Below, one piece after another: positions 40,059 through 50,700 of a stretch of 64,000 nucleotides of DNA. Below the pieces are notes generated by a model that was given only the letters and a program-made list of their open reading frames with translations, was not told where the DNA came from and searched no databases. Origin of the DNA: an uncultured Eubacteriales bacterium. Lineage in GTDB: Bacteria > Bacillota > Clostridia > Christensenellales > CAG-138. Within the stretch, counting starts at the first letter, position 1, and every line of letters starts with the position of its first letter. The stretch lies in NCBI GenBank assembly GCA_902787375.1, contig CADAGD010000013.1, forward strand, positions 3,375-67,374, in the 5' to 3' direction. A program made the position numbers and the translations under genes.

Positions 40059-40133
40059 CGTTCCTGCAGGTCATGGAGCCTCATCAATTGCGCTTTAATC
40101 GGCGTTTTGTCGGTGCTTTGTAACAAAACACGA

Positions 40134-40162
40134 TTGACATTAATGAGTTTTGGGAGTAAAAT
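40134..40162 (+). promoter_or_regulatory. Sigma-A promoter of acpP
   Basis: TTGACA (40134-40139), 17-nt spacer, TAAAAT (40157-40162). Confidence 0.6.
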
Positions 40163-40196
40163 ATCAACAGCTTAAAGAAAGGCGGTTTTTAATTAT

Positions 40197-40421
40197 ATGT
40201 TTGAAGAGATTCGCAGTGCTATCGCGGAGCAGCTTAATATTCCCGTGGAAAACATCACCATGGAATCACGTTTCATCGAGGATCTGAAGGCAGATTCGCT
40301 TGATCTGGTTGAGCTTGTAATGGATCTTGAGGACAGGTATGGAGTCGAGATTCCGGACGAGCAGCTTGCTGAAGTCAAGACTGTCGGTCAGATAGTCGAA
40401 ATCGTTGAGAACAACAAATAA
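40197..40421 (+). CDS. acpP: Acyl carrier protein
   Basis: Phosphopantetheine site DLKADSLDLVELVM. 74 aa. Confidence 0.95.
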   Translation: MFEEIRSAIAEQLNIPVENITMESRFIEDLKADSLDLVELVMDLEDRYGVEIPDEQLAEVKTVGQIVEIVENNK

Positions 40422-40515
40422 CACGACACATGCCAATCGCCTGCATCCGGCAAGTCCGCAAGATCAAGTCATGCAGGCCCTTGGCTTGTATTGTACGGAG
40501 TACCCTGAAAAAGAG

Positions 40516-41253
40516 ATGAGAATAAACGCAAACAGACTGGAAGAACTTGATAAGCTGCAAAAAACACTTGACTATCGGTTCAAAAACACAGAACTGCTTA
40601 ACACAGCTTTAACGCATACTTCGTTTGTAAAGGGCGAAAACAGAAGCTCAGGTCACAATGAACGGCTTGAGTTTTTGGGCGACGCCGTATTGGAGCTTAT
40701 AGTAAGCGAGTATCTTTTCACAAACAATCCCAACATGAACGAGGGATTGATGACAAGGATACGTTCGCGTGCCGTTTACGAGAACGCCCTTTTCCATGCG
40801 GCAAGAGGTCTCTCGCTCGGACAGTATCTTTTGCTCAGTCACGGTGAAGATCATACCGGAGGACGGGACAAACCATCAATACTTTCCGACGCCCTCGAAG
40901 CCGTTATAGGCGCGATATATATAGACGGCGGCTTGGAGCCCGCAAAGCGATTTATTTTGAGCTTTGCCGTGGAATTCATAAACGAAGCCGTAAAGACCAT
41001 ATCCGTAAAGGACTTCAAAACCCTGCTTCAGGAATATGTTCAGCAGAATCATTCCGGCTCGCTTGAGTACGACGTGATTTCGGTATGCGGCCCCGATCAC
41101 AAGCGTATTTTCACTATGGAAGCCGTCATTAACGGTCAGGCATACGGCAAGGGACAGGGCAACTCAAAGCAGGAGGCAGGTCAAAACGCCGCACATGCAA
41201 CGCTTATGATGCTCGGTGCGATAAAGCCCGGCAGTCCGGGAGGTAAGCAGTGA
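40516..41253 (+). CDS. rnc: Ribonuclease III
   Basis: Signature ERLEFLGDAVL plus a C-terminal dsRBD. ATG 40516 (MRINANRLEEL). The listed start at 40405 overlaps acpP. Confidence 0.93.
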   Translation: MRINANRLEELDKLQKTLDYRFKNTELLNTALTHTSFVKGENRSSGHNERLEFLGDAVLELIVSEYLFTNNPNMNEGLMTRIRSRAVYENALFHAARGLSLGQYLLLSHGEDHTGGRDKPSILSDALEAVIGAIYIDGGLEPAKRFILSFAVEFINEAVKTISVKDFKTLLQEYVQQNHSGSLEYDVISVCGPDHKRIFTMEAVINGQAYGKGQGNSKQEAGQNAAHATLMMLGAIKPGSPGGKQ

Positions 41254-44200
41254 GACTTACCCAAATAGAAATCAACGGCTTCAAGTCATTTGCCAAGAAA
41301 CAGGAGCTTTCCTTCCCAGGAGGCATAACCGCAATAATAGGCCCCAACGGATGCGGCAAGAGCAACATTGCCGACGCTTTCCGTTTTGTACTCGGAGAAC
41401 AGAGCGCAAGGGCCCTTCGCGGAAAAAAGGTCGAGGACTTCATATTCGGAGGCACTCAAAAGCGACGCGCACTCTCATACTGCGACGTTTCACTTCATTT
41501 CGACAACTCGGACGGCGAGCTTAAAACGCCCTTTCAGGAAGTTTGTGTTACAAGGCGCGCCTTCCGCTCAGGTGAGAGCGAATATTACATCAACAATGCT
41601 TCATGCAGGCTCAAGGACATCCATGAGCTTTTTCGTGATACCGGAGTCGGCAAGGACGGCTACTCCATAATCGGTCAGGGGCGTGTATCTGAAATCATTT
41701 CCGAGAAAAGTGCCGACAGACGTACCGCATTTGAGGAGGCGGCGGGTGTAAACAAATACCGCGCACGCAAGGAGGAAGCTGAAAGAAAGCTTCTAAACAC
41801 TCAGAAAAACCTCATAAGGCTCGACGACATACTTATGGAGCTTGAAGGCCGTATAGAGCCTTTGCGCGAGCAGAGTGAAAAGGCATTGCTCTTTTTAAAG
41901 CTGCGGGACGAGCTGAAGGACATAGACGTCAATCTCTATATCTATCAATATGAAAAATCGAATGAGCGCATAAAGCAGTTGGAGCAGAACTCCGAACAGC
42001 TCAAAGAGGAGATCGCGTTTGCCGAAGCATCCTGTGAAAGCCTTGCCGCATCCCTTTCCGAGGGCGAGGAGCTTGAGCGCGGCATTTCGGCAGCCATAAG
42101 CGAGGTATCGCAAAAGCTGCTCACAGCCACATCCAATATGGAAGCTCATTCCGGTGAGGAGAAGGTGCTTCGTGAGCGAATTGCCTCTCTCGAAAAGGAA
42201 TTTGAACGTCTGAAATCGGAATCGGCCGATGTTGAAATATCAATAAAGCAGCACAATTCTTTGAAGGCGGAGCTTGCAAAGAATATCGAAGCATTCGCCG
42301 CGCAGGTGGAATCCGCCGAGCTGGAGCTTAAAAAGGTTGAAGCGCAATTCGAGGAATGCTCGTCGGAGCTTGAAAGCATGGAGGACTCCCTCGAAGCGCA
42401 CAAGCAATCCATGATGGACAGCATGAACAGGCTCTCAGACGCCAAGAGCCGTCTTTCAAGGCTTGATGCGATGAAGAAGGCGATGCTGTCCCGCATCAAC
42501 GCGATAGCCGACGAGAAGGCCGCAGTATCGGCGGAAGGTGAGAAGCTCCGCATTGAAAAGGATGAGTGTGAAGCTCAAAGAGCCGATGTGCTTTCGGAGC
42601 TTGACAAGCTGCGCAGGGAGCAGAACAGCCATGCCGCAAAGCTTAACAGCATAAACGGAAAAATAAGCGAAGCACGGCAAAACGAGCATAGAATCGAAAA
42701 CGAGATCGAATCCGTCAAATCACGCCGCAAGGTGCTGTCCGAGATGAAGCGCGCCCATGAGGGTTACTATTCGAGCGTGCGTGATCTGCTGCGCGATGCG
42801 GAGCGCGATACTGAGCTTTCCCGGCTCATAGAGGGTGTGGTAGCCGAGCTTATCTCCGTCCCCGCCGAGTATGAGCTTGCCATAGAGATGGCATTGGGCT
42901 CCGCGCTTCAGAACATAGTCGTTCCGACTGAGCAGGAGGCAAAGCAGGTAATAGAATACCTGCGCAGAAAGCGTTACGGCAGAGCTACCCTTCTGCCTGT
43001 AAGCGCGATGCGTTCAAGGCTGCTTTCATCCGATGAGAAAGCCATGATAGATGTGGACGGCTGTTTTGGCGTAGCTTCGGAGCTTATAAAATTTTCCCCG
43101 CGCTATCGCGGCATTGCCGAAAACCTTTTGGGACGCACGGTAATTGTAAGAGACATTGACGTCGGAATACTCATAAACAAGAAAGCGCATTCGTCATTCA
43201 GAATAGCCACCCTCAAAGGGGATATAATGAATCCCGGCGGCTCCATGACGGGCGGAAGCGCACAAAAACGGGAGTTCAGCCTTTTGGGACGTGAACGAGA
43301 GCTTGAACAGCTTGAAGCTCGCTTGAAGGAGCTGATGGTTTCACTCGACGAGAGCAGAGCTTCCATAGCCGTCCTTGAGGAAAGCTTGGCGCCTGTCAAC
43401 GACGGTATAGCTGCTTCCATCGAAAGCATAAAAAAGCTCGATATAAGACGTGCGGCTTTGAACGAAAAGCACGATATAATCATTCAGTATATTGACAAGA
43501 ATACTGCTCAAACAAATAAATATGATGCTGAAGCAGCTCAGATAAACGACAGCATTGCCGATATTGAGCTTCAATACAGGCAGGCGACCGAGCTTGAAAG
43601 CGGCATCAACACGGGAAATGCCTCAACCGCCGAGGATATAAAACGTGTGCAGTCCGAGATAAACGCTCTGAGGACACATCAGCGGGACATATCGGACGAG
43701 CTTACATCCATCAAGGTTCGTCATATGGGAGCCAAGAAGGAGCATTCCGCCGCCGAAGCTGAGCTTGCACGAATCGAACGTGAGCTTATAGGCTTTGCCG
43801 AAGCATTGACAAGGAACGCCGAAAAGTCCGCCGTCATCAAAGATGATACCGAAGCCTGCCGCCGCGAGCTCGGCTCCATGACTTCGGACATCGGTATCGA
43901 GCGCGTCGAGGTTGACGCCCTGACCGACGAGATACACAGGCTTGAGGATGAACGTGCTTCAAAGCTTCGTTTTGTTGATGAGCTTCGTGAAAGACGTGAT
44001 CGTGACAATGCCGAGCTGACCGAAAAGCGTGAACGGCTTCATAAGTATGAGCTGAACTTCAATCGGCTTCAAATGGAGCTTGAGAACATGACCTCAAGGA
44101 TATGGAATGACTATGAGCTTACATATGAGAACGCGCTTGCGCTTCGCCATCCCATATCCGTAAACGCATCCCATATGCGGGCAGACGAGCTTAGAGCCGA

Positions 44201-44813
44201 GATACGCGGTCTCGGCGAGGTAAACACATCGTCCGTCGAGGATTATCGAAATGTGGTCGAACGTCATGCAGAGCTTAAAAAGCAATGCGACGACCTCAAG
44301 CAGGCGGAGCTTGACCTTGCAGAGATAATAAAGCGTCTGACGACCACTATGGAAAAGGAGTTCTCCGAGCAATTCAAGCATATTCAAGAGAACTTCTCCG
44401 CAACATTCACGGAGCTTTTCCACGGTGGCAGAGCCGAGCTGATGCTCTCGGATTCAAGCGATATACTCAACTGCGATATAGACATAATTGCGCAGCCGCC
44501 GGGAAAGAAGCTCCAGCTCTTATCGCTGCTCTCCGGCGGAGAGCAGGCTTTGACCGCCATCGCCCTGCTGTTTGCGATACTCAAGCTCAAGCCCACCGCG
44601 TTCTGTATACTTGACGAGATAGACACCTCTCTCGACGAGGCGAATGTGGATAATTTTGCGGATTATTTGAAGGAGTATTCAAAGGAAACCCAGTTCATTA
44701 TAATAACCCACCGCAAGGGAGCCATGGCGGTTTGCGATTCGCTCTATGGCGTATCCATGGAGGAAAAGGGCGTTTCAACGCTCATTTCCGCAAGGTTCGA
44801 TGAAAAGGCTTGA
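41250..44813 (+). CDS. smc: Chromosome segregation protein SMC
   Basis: Walker A GPNGCGKSN, long coiled coils, signature LSGGEQALTA, Walker B CILDEID. The GTG start overlaps the rnc stop (GTGA). Confidence 0.97.
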   Translation: MRLTQIEINGFKSFAKKQELSFPGGITAIIGPNGCGKSNIADAFRFVLGEQSARALRGKKVEDFIFGGTQKRRALSYCDVSLHFDNSDGELKTPFQEVCVTRRAFRSGESEYYINNASCRLKDIHELFRDTGVGKDGYSIIGQGRVSEIISEKSADRRTAFEEAAGVNKYRARKEEAERKLLNTQKNLIRLDDILMELEGRIEPLREQSEKALLFLKLRDELKDIDVNLYIYQYEKSNERIKQLEQNSEQLKEEIAFAEASCESLAASLSEGEELERGISAAISEVSQKLLTATSNMEAHSGEEKVLRERIASLEKEFERLKSESADVEISIKQHNSLKAELAKNIEAFAAQVESAELELKKVEAQFEECSSELESMEDSLEAHKQSMMDSMNRLSDAKSRLSRLDAMKKAMLSRINAIADEKAAVSAEGEKLRIEKDECEAQRADVLSELDKLRREQNSHAAKLNSINGKISEARQNEHRIENEIESVKSRRKVLSEMKRAHEGYYSSVRDLLRDAERDTELSRLIEGVVAELISVPAEYELAIEMALGSALQNIVVPTEQEAKQVIEYLRRKRYGRATLLPVSAMRSRLLSSDEKAMIDVDGCFGVASELIKFSPRYRGIAENLLGRTVIVRDIDVGILINKKAHSSFRIATLKGDIMNPGGSMTGGSAQKREFSLLGRERELEQLEARLKELMVSLDESRASIAVLEESLAPVNDGIAASIESIKKLDIRRAALNEKHDIIIQYIDKNTAQTNKYDAEAAQINDSIADIELQYRQATELESGINTGNASTAEDIKRVQSEINALRTHQRDISDELTSIKVRHMGAKKEHSAAEAELARIERELIGFAEALTRNAEKSAVIKDDTEACRRELGSMTSDIGIERVEVDALTDEIHRLEDERASKLRFVDELRERRDRDNAELTEKRERLHKYELNFNRLQMELENMTSRIWNDYELTYENALALRHPISVNASHMRADELRAEIRGLGEVNTSSVEDYRNVVERHAELKKQCDDLKQAELDLAEIIKRLTTTMEKEFSEQFKHIQENFSATFTELFHGGRAELMLSDSSDILNCDIDIIAQPPGKKLQLLSLLSGGEQALTAIALLFAILKLKPTAFCILDEIDTSLDEANVDNFADYLKEYSKETQFIIITHRKGAMAVCDSLYGVSMEEKGVSTLISARFDEKA

Positions 44814-44844
44814 TAAATGAAATGTCTTAAAAGGAGGAAAAGTC

Positions 44845-45783
44845 ATGGACAATAAAAAGGAAAAGAAGGAAAAGAAGGAGAAAAAGCCCGGCTTTTTCGC
44901 AAAACTCAAGCACGGACTTGAGAAAACAAGGGAAGGTCTTTTGGGCATCGTATTCGGCAACTCCGAGGAAAGAATAAGCGATGAATTCTATGAGGAGCTT
45001 GAGGACGCGCTCATAATGGCGGACTGCGGATTCGACACTACCGAGGAGATACTCGATAAGCTTCGCTCAAAGGTCAAGGAGTTGAAGCTTTCCGATAGAG
45101 GTGCCGCAAAAGAGGCTCTTATTGATATTCTGACGGAGCATATGTCCTCCGACGACAGCTTCCTTGAGGAAGGCCGTGACAACGTGATACTGATAGTCGG
45201 TGTAAACGGCGTCGGAAAGACCACCTCCATAGGCAAGCTTGCCTCCATGTACAAGGCGGAGGGTATGCGTCCAATGCTTGCCGCTGCCGATACATTCAGA
45301 GCTGCCGCCGCCGAACAGCTCACGATTTGGGCTGAACGCGCCGATGTTCCCATAATAAAGCACGGAGAGGGCGCGGATCCTGCCGCAGTAGTCTATGACG
45401 CCATCGCCTCATACAAGTCAAGGCAGAACGACCTTCTCATATGCGATACGGCAGGAAGGCTCCACAATAAGAAAAACCTTATGAACGAGCTTGCCAAGAT
45501 GCGCCGCGTAATCGACCGTGAGCTTCCCAATGCCCATGTCGAGGTTCTGCTCGTTCTTGACGCCACCACCGGGCAGAACGCCATTGCTCAGGCAAAGGCT
45601 TTCGGCGAGAGCTGCGGTCTGACGGGCATTATACTGACAAAGCTTGACGGAACCGCAAAGGGCGGAGTCGTCGTCGCGGTCAAAAACGAGCTGGGTCTGC
45701 CCATTCGCTTTATCGGCGTCGGCGAGGGTATTAACGATCTCCAGCCCTTTGACGCAAGAAGCTTTGCCGAGGCTCTGTTTTGA
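44845..45783 (+). CDS. ftsY: Signal recognition particle receptor
   Basis: GVNGVGKTTSIGKLA, DTAGRLH, TKLDGTAKGG. Confidence 0.97.
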   Translation: MDNKKEKKEKKEKKPGFFAKLKHGLEKTREGLLGIVFGNSEERISDEFYEELEDALIMADCGFDTTEEILDKLRSKVKELKLSDRGAAKEALIDILTEHMSSDDSFLEEGRDNVILIVGVNGVGKTTSIGKLASMYKAEGMRPMLAAADTFRAAAAEQLTIWAERADVPIIKHGEGADPAAVVYDAIASYKSRQNDLLICDTAGRLHNKKNLMNELAKMRRVIDRELPNAHVEVLLVLDATTGQNAIAQAKAFGESCGLTGIILTKLDGTAKGGVVVAVKNELGLPIRFIGVGEGINDLQPFDARSFAEALF

Positions 45784-45820
45784 TTTTGAATAAGGCTCAT
45801 CATTTTACAAAAAGCATATC

Positions 45821-45860
45821 AAAAGCACGCTTGAGCGTTAAGCTCCCGCGTGCTTTTTTT
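45821..45860 (+). terminator. Intrinsic terminator after ftsY
   Basis: Stem AAAAGCACGC (45821-45830) / GCGTGCTTTT (45848-45857), continuing into a run of seven T. Confidence 0.75.
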
Positions 45861-45877
45861 CTATATATGCGTGAATA

Positions 45878-46777
45878 TCAATACTCAAAATCGCTCGGTT
45901 CGCCAAGCGGCTTATCCAGAAGCTCAGGATTGGCGAAAATATGTCTGACGAGCCTGAAGCTTCTTGCAAAATAGAAGCCGTCCGCTATGCGTTCGTCGAG
46001 CGTTGCGCCTATATCCATTACGTCCCTTATCTCCTTATGTCCGTCCGGCATTATCAGCTCCTGCTTATGTACCGTTCCGAACGTCACCATAATGCTGTTC
46101 GTTCCGTAATTATTCAAATGGTGGTATACCGCAGGAGCCTTTATAGAGCCGAGGTTTGAGCAGAGAATAGTTGTATAATTGGGATCGCCCGTTGTAAGCG
46201 CTTTAAGGTTCTTGCCCCAGAAATCCATCCATCTTATTATGCGTATGGCGGCAATGAGTATCGGGCGCGGAAGCTTGGCAAATGCGTCAAGCGTCGCGTC
46301 GATACCGCCCGTTGACTTCTCGGATTTTCTCGTTTCCTTGACGTTGCCGCATATTTTTCTGCTGATGTCGTCAATCGTTTCATCATCCCTTGGAACAAGC
46401 GTCATAAGCGATTCCTCCGCTCCGTCGGCAAATCTGCGTTTAACGACAAAGCTCAGCGATATTTCGTTGCGCTCATAAATCCTGTAACCCTGTATGAAAC
46501 GGTTCATAAGCGGACGTTCCCTAACCATCCTTGCAAGCACAGCTATGGCGCAGTGAAACACCGTCGTCTTATAGTCCGGATGCTGTAAATTCTTGGTTTC
46601 AATGTATTTTAAAAGGTCTGTGACATCTATTATGTCGTTGAGGTAAACCTCGCATTCCGTCCTCTTGGGAAACAGATACCCCATTACGGTTTGAAGTCCC
46701 GGAGCCTTTACTCGACGTCCGTCCCTCCTGTCGCCCCAGCGTCTTTTTACTTTTCTTTTATTGTTGTCCATACTCAC
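45878..46777 (-). CDS. 2-oxoacid-dehydrogenase-acyltransferase (E2 catalytic domain)-like protein without lipoyl domain
   Basis: The C-terminal string TLDERIADGFYFARSF is colinear with the E2/CAT motif DHRxxDGxxxAxF. The N-terminus is basic (KRKVKRRWGDRRDGRR). 299 aa. Confidence 0.55.
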   Translation of the reverse strand: MSMDNNKRKVKRRWGDRRDGRRVKAPGLQTVMGYLFPKRTECEVYLNDIIDVTDLLKYIETKNLQHPDYKTTVFHCAIAVLARMVRERPLMNRFIQGYRIYERNEISLSFVVKRRFADGAEESLMTLVPRDDETIDDISRKICGNVKETRKSEKSTGGIDATLDAFAKLPRPILIAAIRIIRWMDFWGKNLKALTTGDPNYTTILCSNLGSIKAPAVYHHLNNYGTNSIMVTFGTVHKQELIMPDGHKEIRDVMDIGATLDERIADGFYFARSFRLVRHIFANPELLDKPLGEPSDFEY

Positions 46778-46781
46778 ACCA

Positions 46782-47744
46782 TCAGAATTTCGCCATTATC
46801 TCATTCAGCTCAAAGAGCTTCTTATCAAACTCGTCCCTCATCTCGATAGCCTTTGAAAGCGACACATCATATATGCTGTTATGCCTTATGCCAACAGCTC
46901 TTCCGCCTTTTTCGTCATTCAAAAGCTCAACCGCCCTCTGACCGAGCCTTGCCGCAAGCACCCTGTCAAATGCCGAGGGATTGCCGCCCCTTTGGATATA
47001 GCCCAGTACCGTCGCCTTTATTTCAACGTCGGTATGCTGTCGTACAAACTCAACGAACTCCTCCGCCTTGCCCGCGCCTTCGGCTATCATAACTATGCTC
47101 GTGAGCTTTCCACGCAGTTTGTTTTGGGCAAGCCTGTTCGCGGCTTCCTCCCATGAGATATCGACCTCCGGCACAAGTATCAGATCCGCCGCACCGCCTA
47201 TTCCTGCCCACAGGGCTATATCGCCGCAGTTGCGTCCCATAACCTCAATAACGCCCACTCGATCATGCGCACGCATGGTATCCCTTATCTTGTAAATCTC
47301 GTTCGTGACATTATTGACCGCTGTATCAAAGCCTATTGTGAAGTCCGTATAGCCCATATCATTGTCGATGGTTCCGGGAATGCCTATCGTCGGAACGCCC
47401 CTGTTGGCAAGCTCCATGCAGCCGCGGAAGCTGCCGTCACCTCCTATTACGACAATTCCTTCGATGCCATATGCTTTTATTACCGATATGGCTTTATTGA
47501 TGCCCTCCTCCGTCATAAAGGCGGAGCTTCGGGCAGTCCTCAATATCGTGCCGCCCTTATGCATCTTGTTCTCGACCGATTCGTGAGTAAGATAATCGAC
47601 CTTGCCCTCTATCAATCCCTTGTAGCCATGGTATATGCCCATGACCTGCATTCCCATAGCGACGCCCGTTTTGAATACGGAACGTATCGCGCAATTCATA
47701 CCAGGAGTATCGCCCCCGCTTGTCAGAACCCCTATTCTTTTCAT
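46782..47744 (-). CDS. pfkA: ATP-dependent 6-phosphofructokinase
   Basis: GVLTSGGDTPGMN, IGGDGS, PGTIDND. ATG 47744 has an AGAAAGG RBS. The listed GTG at 47762 is less likely. Confidence 0.95.
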   Translation of the reverse strand: MKRIGVLTSGGDTPGMNCAIRSVFKTGVAMGMQVMGIYHGYKGLIEGKVDYLTHESVENKMHKGGTILRTARSSAFMTEEGINKAISVIKAYGIEGIVVIGGDGSFRGCMELANRGVPTIGIPGTIDNDMGYTDFTIGFDTAVNNVTNEIYKIRDTMRAHDRVGVIEVMGRNCGDIALWAGIGGAADLILVPEVDISWEEAANRLAQNKLRGKLTSIVMIAEGAGKAEEFVEFVRQHTDVEIKATVLGYIQRGGNPSAFDRVLAARLGQRAVELLNDEKGGRAVGIRHNSIYDVSLSKAIEMRDEFDKKLFELNEIMAKF

Positions 47745-47765
47745 CTGTTTGCCTTTCTGCACAAC

Positions 47766-50700
47766 TCAGGATTTCATCCTGATAAATTTAACATTTTCAC
47801 TGCCCATAAGGTTTTCGGCTATTTCAATAAGCGTCGCCGCTCCGTTTACGCTAAGCTCCTGCGGAGCAAGCCGCTGTTTGCCGGTTGAAGTATCAAAAAA
47901 CACAACCTCATGTCTTCCCGGATAACGCTTCAGAACCCCCATAAAGCGTTCAAGCTTATCGCGGTTCGCATCGTCCACCCTTATGTAAAGCCTGTACCTG
48001 TCGGTCTTCTCAAGCTTTACAACCTCGTCTATCATTACCGTATTCGCCTTGTCCTCGCGCATTGATAGTCTCCCCGTCACCTTGACGGGAACCGTATCAG
48101 TAAACATCTCCCTGTACTTGGAGTACACGGTCGGGAACGCGGCAAATTCGACCTGTCCCGTCATGTCCTCCACTATTCCGTAAGCCATCAGCCCATTTCC
48201 CGATTTGACCTGCCTTGTCCTTATGCTGCCCATAAGCCCGGCAAACGTAACCCTGTCATTATCCCTGAGCTGAGAATGCGCATCCGCCTCGGAGAGCTGT
48301 TTGCAGTTGACGCTCATAAGGCTGAGAGTTGATTCAAACTCCATTAGAGGATGCCCGCTTATGTAAATTCCAAGCGTTTCCTTCTCCATCTCAAGTATCT
48401 CTTTGATGCTGTATTCCTCATCGCTTGCAGGCGGCTGAGGAACGCTTGCCTCGTTTCCGTCATCAAACATATCGAATATGGACATCTGCCCCGAATTTCG
48501 TCTTTTTCTTTCGGCGGCGGCCGCGCCCATCTCGTCCTCATAATTGCGCATCAGCCAAAGCCTCGTGACGCCCATTTCATTGAAGCATCCGGCTTTTATG
48601 AGTCCCTCCATCATCCGCTTATTGACGCTCTCGGTTCTTTTGAGGAAATCGTTAAAATCCTTGAACTCCCCGTTTTTTCTGCGCTCGGTGAGCATCTCGT
48701 TCATGGCTTCCTCTCCGACATTCCTTATAGCTGCAAGCCCGAACCTTATGGCTCCGTTCTCGACGGTGAAATGAGGTTCCGATTTGTTTATATCGGGAGG
48801 AAGTATTTTAAAGCCCCTTTTACGGCAATAATAGATATAATCGGCTATCTTTTCGGATGATCCTATGAAGCTGTTTATGAGGGCTGTCATCAGCTCGACG
48901 GGATAATAATACTTGAGATACGCTGTTCTGTAAGCCACAACCGCATAGCACGCAGCATGTGCCTTGTTGAAAGCGTATGACGCAAAGTCCATCATCTCAT
49001 CGAATATCTTATTCGCTGTCGCCTCGCTTATACCGTTTCTGACAGCTCCCGGAACGGTGATATTGCCGTCGTCATCGGTTATTCCGTTGATGAAATTGAC
49101 GCGCTCCTTTTCCATTACGTCATGCTTCTTCTTGCTCATGGCACGGCGTATAAGGTCGCTTCTTCCGTATGAGTAGCCCGCCAAATCCCTTACTATCTGC
49201 ATTACCTGCTCCTGATAGACCATGCAGCCATATGTTGTCTCCAATATAGGTCTGAGCTTTTCATGCACATATGTCACGTTCGAGACATCCTGCTTGCCCG
49301 CAAGATACCTCGGTATCTGCTCCATTGGGCCGGGTCTGAAAAGGGCTATGCCCGCTATTATATCCTCAAAGCAGTTGGGCTTCATCTGCGTCATAAAATT
49401 TGTCATGCCCGCCGATTCAAGCTGGAACACGCCTATTGTGTCTCCGGATGATATAAGGTCGTATATGTTCTTATCATCGAAGCCGAGCGTTGAGAAATCA
49501 GGAGCTTCAAGTCCCCTTCTCTTGATGAACTCACAGCAGTCATGTATTACGGTGAGCGTTCTCAAGCCGAGAAAATCCATCTTGAGCATTCCGAGAGCCT
49601 CAAGCGTTCCCATCGTATACTGCGTTGTTATCGAGTCCTCGTTCCTTTGCAGCGGAACAAACTCCATTGTCGGTACCGACGATATGACGACTCCCGCCGC
49701 ATGGGTCGAAGCGTGCCTCGGCAGCCCTTCAAGCTTCAACGATAGGTCAATAAGCTTTCTGTATGTATCATTGCTCTCATAAAGCTCCTTGAGCTCAGGA
49801 ACCATATCAAGCGCCTGCCTGATGGTTATTTTGAGCATCTGAGGTATTAGCTTGGCTATCCTGTCCACCTCGTTGTACGGAACCCTCAGAACCCTTCCGA
49901 CATCCCTGACGACCGCGCGTGCCGCCATTGTTCCGAATGTGATTATCTGTGCGACATGATCCGCTCCGTATTTTTCGATGACGTAATCAATGACCTCCTG
50001 ACGTCTTTCATAGCAGAAATCGACGTCTATATCCGGCATCGTTATTCTCTCAGGATTCAAAAACCTCTCAAAAAGCAGATTGTACTTTAAAGGGTCTATG
50101 TCGGTTATATCAAGTGCGTAAGCGACTATGGACGCCGCTCCCGAACCTCTGCCGGGGCCGACCGGAACCCCATGTGTTTTGGCATAGTGTATGAAATCCC
50201 AGACTATGAGGAAATAATCAACGAACCCCATATCCGCAATAACCTTTATCTCATATTCAAGCCTGTCCACATATTTTTTATCGGGGTTGTCCCCAAATCT
50301 GCGCTTCATGCCCTCGGAGCAGAGTTTTCTTAAATACTCCTCATGTCCCATGCCGTCGGGAGGAGTGAATTCCGGCAGATGCCTGCCTCCGAGCTCTATC
50401 TCGACACAGCATTTCTCGGCAATCTCCGAGGTATTGTAAATCGCGTCCTCATAACCCCCGAACCGCTTTAGCATCTCCTCTTCCGACTTGAGATAGAACT
50501 CCCGGGTTTCCATCCTCATACGGTTTGTTTCATCGACGAAATGCCCCGTCTGTATGCAGAGCAGCACATCCTGCGCCTCGGCGTCATCCACGCTCACATA
50601 ATGAATATCATTCGTGGCAACGGTTTTTATATCAAGCTCCTTTGCGAGCGCGTTCAGTCTCGGCAGAACGATCAACTGCTCCTGTATGCCATGGTTCTGA

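Noticed and set aside
44845-44890. The AAG/GAA-rich simple repeat encoding KKEKKEKKEKK at the FtsY N-terminus.
   Set aside because: Basic/acidic low-complexity N-terminal (A-domain-like) segments are normal for FtsY. It is not an independent repeat element.
45780-45974. The 64-aa ORF spanning the ftsY terminator.
   Set aside because: It runs through a strong intrinsic terminator hairpin and into the antisense strand of the next gene. It has no RBS.
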